Below, piece by piece: positions 55,630-64,000 of a stretch of DNA of 64,000 bases. The notes under the pieces are model-generated. The model did not search any database. It was not told where the DNA came from and saw only the letters and a list, made by a program, of their open reading frames with translations. The number at the start of each line of letters is the position of its first letter. The first letter of the stretch is position 1. Origin of the DNA: the human T2T-CHM13v2.0 reference genome, Homo sapiens; assembly GCF_009914755.1 (NCBI RefSeq), contig NC_060932.1. The stretch is one strand, 5' to 3'. A program made the position numbers and the translations under genes.

Positions 55630-58600
55630 GTCTTATCGTTTTCTGAATAGAAACTTCAGGTCTTCTCGGGGTTCTGCCTCCCATCTGTCAGCCGGAGACT
55701 CCTCTGCCACAGGGCTTTTGGCTGGCAGGAATCTTTTCACTCACATGTGATGGACCCAAGGCTTAATGTCTGCCAGTTTCAGTGCTGCACCCGTGATCCA
55801 GAGCATGTCATAGGGCTTTCTCCATTTCTTCTGTAGTTGTTGGGCAGGACCAGCTTCCCTCCATTCTTTCAGCAGCACTTGATCACCAGGTAGGAATGGG
55901 TGGCAGGCTTTTGAAGAATTCACAGCGTCCCTGTTAGAGGCAAACTTATGCAAAACGTTAAGAGTTTGTCTTAAGTGAGCAACATAATTCTTAATAGCCA
56001 ACTCCCTGTCTAGGGGCACTTTGGTGACCTGAGATGGGTTAGCAGCAAAGGGTCTCTCGAAAACAATTGCATAAGGACTTACTTTCATCCTGTTTCTGGG
56101 GGCCTTTTCTTACCCAGAGCAGTGCAATACTAAGTCCCTGAATCCATTTCAACTGAGTCTCTTGACACAACTTGGCAATGATTGTTTTTAAGGTGCAGTT
56201 CATTCTCTCAATTTGTCCAGAAGATTGAGGTTTCCACGCTAAGTGCAGTTTCCATTTTATTTCCAAAGCTTTGTTTACTTGTTATCTCAGAGATGAATGA
56301 AGGCCCATTATCACTATGAATTACATCAGGGAGCCTATATTGTGGTATGACTTACTTTAGCAAAACTTTAACTACTTTGCTTGCTTATTCAGTGTGACAT
56401 GGGTATGCCTCCACCCAGCCAGAGAAAGTGTCCACTAGAACTAGAAGATATTTATACCCCCCAGGGGCTGGTGGCATCTGTGTAAAGTCTATTTGCTAGT
56501 GTTCTAGCAGGTGCCTCCCTCTTTCTTGTTGCCCAGGCTGCCCTCAGCTATCATTATTAGGCTCATTCCAGGCACACAGGTGACAATGCTGAATTATATC
56601 CTCTAAGTGGGCCTTTAGTCCTTTCCCTTTCAAATAATTTTGTACAAAGGCCAGGAAGCATCTCTCCCCAAACTCATGCTATCATGAATGTACTTTAACA
56701 GTGGGCAGATGAGATGCACTAGTGCCTAGACTAGGCCTGCACTGTTTACTCTCCACCCTTCCTTGTTTAGTTTGAATCCCTTATCTTCTGCAGCTTTCTC
56801 ATCTTCCGAAGAGTACCAGGGCTTGAAGGCCATTAAATCTATTTGGGGAATTAAGGGTGCCTGGATTCAATGCTGGCACTGGCTAAATGCCTGGTGGTGT
56901 GGTCTGGGAAAGCATTGTCCCTTGACACTTCGGAATTACTGTGTTGATGGTCAGGGCAATGCATTACAGCTATTTCCTGTGGGGCCTTTATTACCTCTAA
57001 CAATTCTAATGCTTGCTTAGTGTATTTAACATCAGTGTTATCCACCCTTAGCAGCCCTCTTTCCCTCCATATAGTTCCGTGTGCGTGAACTATCATGAAT
57101 GCATACTTGGAGTCAGTGTGTATATTGACATTCTTACCTTGGAACAGTTACAAGGCTCTCATGAGGGTGATTAACTCCACCTTCTGTGCTGAGGTCCCTG
57201 CCAGCAAAGTTCTTGCCTCTATTACCCCTGAGGAGGTCACCAGAGCATAGGTGGCATTTCTCTTCCTATCAGTGACCAGGCTACTCCCGTGTAGAAACAA
57301 AGTTCAATCTGTGCATGGGAGGGCTACATCCTTTAAGTCCAGGTGGCTGGAAAACACTAGGTATATGACCTCTAGACAGTTATGCAGGACTTCATCCAGC
57401 TCCCTGGTGAGAGGTAACAATGCAGCAGGGTTTACAGTTCCAGCGCTTTGCAGCTTTACTGTGGGTCATCTAAAAATATGGCTTGATATCTACCCAGTCA
57501 GCCTGCTGTCAGCCAGTAACCTCTTTTTTGCTCCAGTAACAGTAACACTTGGTAGGGCACATATATTGTGACAGGCTGCCCCAAGTTTAGTTTTACAGCT
57601 TCCCTGAGTAGCAGGCAAGTGGCAGTGACTGCTCTAAGATAAAAGGACTTTGAAAAGTATATTATGGGTTGTAATACTTCACCTAACCTTTGCACTGGGA
57701 CTCCAAGCACTAAACCCAATCTCTCATGCACATAAAGCTGGAAGGGCATATGAGGATTTGGAAGCCCTAAGGCAGGGGGGACAGGTAACTTAAACTTCAG
57801 TTGCTCAAACAAATATTGGTGCCTTGCTTCCCAGTCAGAAGGATCATGGTTGGTTCCTTTTAACAGTTAATATAAAGCCTTTACCATTAGTCCATAATTA
57901 GGAATCCAAATCTGACAAAATCCAGCCATACCTAGGAAGCCCCTCAGCTGCTTTCTGGTGGTGGGCTTGGCAATAGAAGCAATTGCATTCTGCCTTTCCA
58001 TGGTCAGGGCTCTGGTTCCTATCTGTAGGAGAAATCCTAAATATTCCACAGTTTGTTTGCATACTTGGGCATTTTTGCTTGAGACCTTGTACCTGCAAGC
58101 TGACAGATGGTTTAAAGTTTTAATAGTGTTATCCTGGCACTCTTGCTCAGAGGGGCTAGAAATTAACAAGTCATCCACATATTGCAACAATACTCCATTT
58201 TCCAATTGTAGATTTCTTAAATTGTGAGCCAAAGCCTCTCCAAATATATTTGGGCTGTTCTTAAACACTTGAGGAAGTACAGTCCAGCAATACTGAAATG
58301 GAGCAGCAGTCTCAGGGTCTGTCCAGTCAAATACAAACAATTGCTGGCTCTCTACATCCATTGATATGCAAAAGAGGTCATCTTTCAAGTCTAGCACTGT
58401 AAACCATTCGTGATTCCCAGGCAGTGAGATAAATATGGTGTATTGGTTAGCCACAGTGGGGTGAATGTCTTCCACAATATCATTAATTGCCTTTAGATTT
58501 TGCACAAATCTGTACTCATATGAGTGAGGCTTCTTTGCTCAGGCAAGATAGGAGTATTGCAAGATGATTGACAAGGCCTTATTAGGCCATACTGTAAGAA

Positions 58601-59200
58601 CTGGATTCAGACTAGCTGGATGGCTTCCAAGACTTCCCTCTTTGAGGGGTATTTTTTTTTTCAGATAGGTTGGGCCCCTTCCTTCAGTTTGATTTTTACC
58701 AGACTCATGTAAATTGCCCTTCCGGATTGGTCTGATGCCCAGACATCTGGTTTTACCTTGTCGAAGACTTCCTGAGGGACCATCTCTACCTTAGGGCATG
58801 GGGTCTCAGCACTTGCCAGAAGTGCTTGCAGCTGCAGTCCATGTTCTGGAGGCACTTGGAGACACATCTGACATTTCTCAGGGTTGAAGACGATTTGATC
58901 TTATAACTTGCATAGCAGATCTCTGCCAAGTAAAGGAATCAGGCAGTCCAGCACTTAAAGGAATTGGTGAGTTATTAGATCATTACCCACTTTACATGAG
59001 AGAGGACACAGGAACTGCTCAGATCTCGGTTTCCTGCTAACACCAACTATATTCACAGATGTGTCAGAAAGTTCAGTGATCGGTGTATTAACTACCAAAT
59101 AACTAGCACTGGTGTTGAGTAAGAAGTCCAATTTTTGTTTCCCAACTGTTAACTCTAACCAAGGCTCCTATGGGGAAATTTTGATGTTAGATAGATTTGG
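55630..59200 (-). pseudogene. ERV pro-pol (protease, RT, RNase H, integrase; disrupted)
   Basis: RT 'WTVLPQVFKNSP' and 'LLQYVDDLL', 'LRGFLGMAGFC'; RNase H 'HAHGTIWRERGLL'; IN 'PQSSGQIERMN'; many frameshifts; ends approximate. Confidence 0.93.
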
Positions 59201-59224
59201 AGCTGCTGGGAGTTTCCAGCATCG

Positions 59225-60720
59225 TCAATCTTCCTGATTCATTCCCGGGCATAATAGTCATCATTGGCGTGGGGTAATTTTGGCTTAAATTTGGCTAATC
59301 CTTTTTCCAATGCCCCATTTCTCAGCAATATGTGCACTGATCCTTTTTTATTTTCCCTTTCCACTTTGCAGGTCCCTTCCCTCTTGGGGTTTTCCCTGCT
59401 GTTGCCATAAGTATTGCTGCCTGCCACAGAGTTTAGTTTCCTTTACCTCCCTATTGTGGTAAATTTTGGATGTGATATCCATCAGTTGAGAGGCATTCAT
59501 CCCAATAGCCCCTTCTATTTTCTGCAGTTTCTTCCTAATGTCAGGGGCACTTTGCCCTATAAAAGTTAGGTTCACCATCCTAACATTTTCAGGGACCTGT
59601 GGGTCTATATCTAGATGCTTCCTGTAGGTCTGACAAATATGTCCATAAACTCAGATGGATCCTAATTAGGCCTTTGTTGGAGCTCTTGCACTTTGTTTAA
59701 GCTTTTAAGTTTGGGTACCCCTGACTTAATGCCCTTGAAGATGCACCTCCTGTAATGCTCCAGGCAGGCCATTCTCCCTCCATTAGCCTCACTTGGGTCC
59801 CAGTTAGGGTTAGTATGGGGTATTGCCCTGTCAGGGTCTGGGGTATTGTCTGGGTTTTCATTATGAAGGTGTTCTGCCTCTTCCTTTGCCTTATCCAATG
59901 CTAGTCTCCTCTCATCTGCAGACAGCATGTTTAGGAGGGCTTGCACATCTGCCCATGTGGAGTGGTGAGTGACAAAGAAGGTAGTGAACAGCTCAGTCAT
60001 TTTCTGGGGGTTCTCCCTATAGCTTGGGTTGGAGTTATTTCTGTTTAACAAATTGGATGTGGAAAAGGGCTGTAGGCCCAATAATAACCAGCCGGAGCCC
60101 CCTGTTGGTTAACCCCTACAGGGTACTGTCAAAGTGGAAATTGCCCAGCTCCAGGTTGGATGGTTCCCCTGCCAAAACTAGTACCTTGTTTGGTCCAAAA
60201 GGGAAAGATGAGCCTTGCTGCTTCCTTATACTCTGGGGGTGGTGATTTTCTCCTTTCCTGCCTAGCTTGGTGGGGGGGCATTAGCCCCCACCAGGCTAGG
60301 TGGAATATTTTGTCTTATGGGGTTAAGGACATTTATCAATTTTTGGCTTTCTGAGTCCTTATCTTATCTCTCTGAGAGTCAGGGCAAACCTTGACTGGGT
60401 GCTGCACCATTAGCTTATCTGCCTTCTCTTTGACATCCTTATTATGTAATAACATAAATATTTTAACATAGATTATTTCTTCCCATTTTCCTGAACACTT
60501 ACAAAATGACTCTAGCTCATAAATAATTAAATAGCTCAGGGTCCCCAAAATCAGCCATCTCCCCTCAGATTCTAAAACGTACATTGGCCAAATCCTATTA
60601 CAATAGTAAACTAATTTCCTTTTAGTCATAGGATGATACCCAAACTATTACCAATCTGACAGGATTCTTCCCAGAGGGCTCCTGGCGGTAATGAACTCAA
60701 CACTTCTCATTTTTGAGCCT
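59225..60720 (-). pseudogene. ERV gag (disrupted)
   Basis: MA-like 'LVYYCNRIWPMY', CA-like 'TWADVQALL...PNWDP', 'FIGQSAPDIRKKLQK', broken CCHC knuckle; stops and frameshifts; ends approximate. Confidence 0.88.
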
Positions 60721-61144
60721 ATATGTTATCAAAAAGGACAAGACAGATACACAAACAAGTGGAGACAGATATTGGACAAACACAAGAACATGAGAAGGAG
60801 TTCAGTCAGGCAGAACAGAGTCAAAACCAACTCAAAACCTGATCTTAACCAAATGCAAAGTGGGTGTATGAATGAGCCCTATTGCTTCCCTGGTGGACAA
60901 ATGGCTTAACAAGCCCAGATAGGACAAAAATAAGTCCCTTATTAAGGGTGAAGTTAACTCATTCTTCGCGCGAGTCCACTCCTGATCTCCGTTCTTCCCC
61001 AGTAGTGGGAGGGATATACGATTTTGTTCATGGAACAGCTCAGGAGGGATCCTCTGCAAAATCTCACCTAGCAGCTGCAGGGATCCTCCTGAAGACTGTC
61101 TCGTCACAAGCTGCTGGCTGCTGAACACATCATCGTCCCAGCGG

Positions 61145-61162
61145 CTCCTGGCTGGCTCACCA
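61145..61162 (-). other. Primer binding site, tRNA-Arg(ACG)
   Basis: TGGTGAGCCAGCCAGGAG, 4 nt after the 5' LTR; 17/18 match to the complement of the tRNA-Arg(ACG) 3' end (TGGCGAGCCAGCCAGGAG). Confidence 0.85.
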
Positions 61163-61166
61163 AGTT

Positions 61167-61839
61167 TGTTCCCAGACCGAACTGAGGGCCAGGCTGTTTA
61201 TTCTTGCAGCCCAATAATGAGATGCAGATGAACTGGTAAAGAAGAGAGTTTATTCTGTAACCAGGTACAGGGAGAAGGCCAGGAAAATGTAGCCAGACCA
61301 ACTCAAAATTACAAAGTTTTCCAGCGCTGATATACCTTCTAAGCTATATGTCTATGTGGAAGTGTGCGTGTATCTAAAGACATAAGTGATTAACCTCTTC
61401 GAATCCAATCCAGAGGCAGGTCTGAGTTTTGAAGACATTTATCTGGACCCTCAATAAATTTACTTAATCTAGATGGGTCTAGGTGCCAGCAGTGATTACC
61501 CTTATCTTGTATCCTGCTAAACCATGGAGGTTTGGGGAGTTCCTTCAGTCCCCCAGTAAACTTGTTTGTGGAGGTCTGGGGAGTTTCTTCAGACCCCCAG
61601 TAAAACTTGTTTAATCCTATATGGGTCCTATTAAGAATTCCTTCATTATCTTGTCATGCTTCAAGGCCCAAGACAGGCCTGGGCAAAAGTCTTGGTGGGT
61701 TTTTATTATATTCTAGCATTTGTATAAGAACACTGGCTCTTTTTCGGCTTTTAGTATTTAACTTGATCACTCAGTCAGTGCTGAAGAGTTGTCATAGAGA
61801 CCTGCCTGCTCAGCTGTTAGTGAGACCTGGCCTGCCACA
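61167..61839 (-). repeat. 5' LTR (673 bp, PABL-like)
   Basis: Minus strand begins TGTGGCAGGCCAGGTCTCACTAAC and ends GGGAACA; homologous to 53423-54087. Confidence 0.92.
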
Positions 61840-61874
61840 CTCTGTGTTATAACTAGAATAAAAAGCACAGATTC

Positions 61875-62285
61875 CAAACTTGTAGAAACAGAGTAGAATA
61901 GTGATTACCAGGGGCTATGTAGGGGAAGTGGGGAGGTGTTGGTCAAGAAGTACAACTCCTCAGTTATGCAAGATAAATAGTTCTGAATGTCTAAATACAA
62001 CAATATGACTATAGTTAATGATAATGTATACTTGAAATTTGCTGAGGGAATGCATCTTAAATGTTCTCATCATGGAAAAAAAGGTAACTATGGGAGGTGA
62101 TGAATATGTTAATTAACCTGGTTGAGGTGAATATTTCAAAATGTATAGATATGTTAAATCATGCAGTCATATACCTTAAATATATACAATTTTTAATTAT
62201 TATTTTTGTTTCTTTGGGATTACAGATGTGAGCCACCACACCTGGCCTACAATTTTTAATTATCAATTATACCTCAGTAATGTTG
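61875..62285 (+). mobile_element. L1MA 3' end with a small Alu fragment
   Basis: 'gagtagaatagtgattaccagggg...tcttaaatgttctcatca...aattatacctca'. Confidence 0.7.
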
Positions 62286-64000
62286 GGGAAATGGGGAAAA
62301 ACAAGAGAGGAGAGCCAAGAATGATGTCTTCAGAGATATGACCTGGACCACCATGTGCTTTGCCTCTTTAATGGTGTCATTTTGAGTTAGGAGTAAGAAT
62401 GTGGTATAAAGGAGTAGCTCAGGCTAAGAAGAAACCCAAAAATACATCCAAGAATCTCCACAAGTAGCAGCTGAAATGCTCTATTTTTCTTTTCTTATCA
62501 TCTTCCTGTTGTATCCAAGTGCTATCTTTCTTCCACTTTTTATACTTGTATCCAGAATTTCCAGATTTGTGTCTTTTTTCTTGGGTGAGCTTCCTAGAAT
62601 GAGGATTCTGACTCAATTCTAATCCAATTCAGTGGAAATAATTAGATCCAATTCAATTCATAGATTTAAAGCATTAAAAATCTGCCCTCTTTACAGACCA
62701 CACTCCCACAAGATGCTGAACCACCTGGCCAATGGCAGTACAAAAATACAGAAGATTCACTGCACACCTTCGACTTTGGTACATACTCTCTAAACAGATA
62801 TTTTTCTTTCTGCACAGAGGTTAATCTGTTATGATCAACAGATCAGGTGCTTATATTGCCAAATGCTGCCTGATTATAAAGTTTCCTCATTACTATTTTA
62901 CAGTGTTGTTTTCTAGTCACAAGGGTGTCTAGTCATATGAAAAATTTTAAACATCAGGAAAGATCTCTTAGCAAATGAAATAAATATTTGGGAAAACAAG
63001 ATAAACTCAGATGTGTTTGTTCCAGGAGACCAACTATGATATAATCTCCATCTTCATTTGTTGATTTTTCTTTCCTTCAGTGGACTTTAGAGCGATCTTT
63101 TGGCATTCTCTGATACATTTTAACAGCCTTATTTCATTTTGACTTCACAGAAATAACTTGGGGATCTGGTGTGTAAAGATGAACTATCATCAAATGTGTA
63201 TATACTTCTTATTATTTTTACATGGTGATGATGAACTTACATTCATGTATTAACACTTCTTTTTACAGACTTTTTGCGGTGTTATTGTAGGATTGAAAGC
63301 ATCAGCTCAAATGTTCTCCTCCTCTGTACGTACTCATTTAGTTAGAGCAAGTTTACATTCCAATAAATGACCTGACTTACAAGCCTTCCCTTAAATATAT
63401 ATATATATATAGATATATATATATATATAAATTGTTATGTCTCTGCACTAAAGTATTAAAAAGTAAATTGGCTTTTATTTGTTTTTCTTGCTCTTCATGT
63501 TGATTTATGTTGCTACACCTGGCATATAACACATGTTGGAGAATGCAATGTTGGAAAACCTATGCAAGTACTTTTCGTTAAAAATGGCAAATGAAAGACA
63601 GCCAGGGTACAGCCTGTGAGGTGTTGTTCCTTGATTACCTAATGTCATTAGCTCTTTAATAATACTGAGTTTTGTTTGTTGAATTCCAGGAGATAACCCA
63701 TAAATTGCCTAAACTAATCGAGATAATCCCATTCCACTTTGCTGGTGGTTAGTCTGAGTATGAACATCTAGAATTTGAGATATGAAGAGGTTGGATAAGA
63801 GCTGGGTCTTCCAGAAGTAATTTTTCTCCTTGATTAAAGGAGAGAATCATATGATGAAAGGCCCATTTCTTCCTGCCTAACTCCTTTCTTCAGCTTTGGA
63901 CACTGCCATGTGAGGGTTTAATGCCTGGATCTGTGCCATGAAGCAAACAGGAGGAGAATGAAAGCTGGAGCACTTAGCAGGGTAGGTCAGAAGGATGGAC

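Larger units (their letters stand above)
53423..61839 (-). mobile_element. Full-length decayed class I (gammaretrovirus-like) ERV provirus, probably PABL / HERV-R(b) family
   Basis: Two TG...CA LTRs, CTCT TSD (53419-53422 and 61840-61843), tRNA-Arg PBS, gag/pro/pol/env remnants in order. Confidence 0.93.

Overview
Human (primate) genomic DNA carrying the 5' part of TRPA1 on the minus strand. Coding exons 1-17 (c.1-2061, aa 1-687) run from 32483 down to 3592. All splice junctions and phases add up, covering the ankyrin-repeat array and the C621/C641/C665/K671 electrophile-sensing region. A CpG-island promoter lies at about 32.2-32.9 kb. Upstream are about 20 kb of old L1/Alu/DNA-transposon sequence and a full-length but decayed class I ERV provirus (53423-61839, minus strand; two LTRs, CTCT target-site duplication, tRNA-Arg primer site, gag-pro-pol-env; probably PABL/HERV-R(b)). 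Most notable observations: (1) a candidate distal TATA-driven exon at about 47.0 kb whose donor joins in frame to a strong acceptor hidden in the TRPA1 5' UTR, giving a 25-aa N-terminal extension; (2) a ~100-bp twin-primed young L1 insertion just inside the exon 17 donor; (3) a perfect 43-bp direct repeat bracketing exon 7, which has a GC donor; (4) an excess of AAG acceptors; (5) antisense splice signals over exon 14. Repeat-family names are recognised by eye, not by database search.
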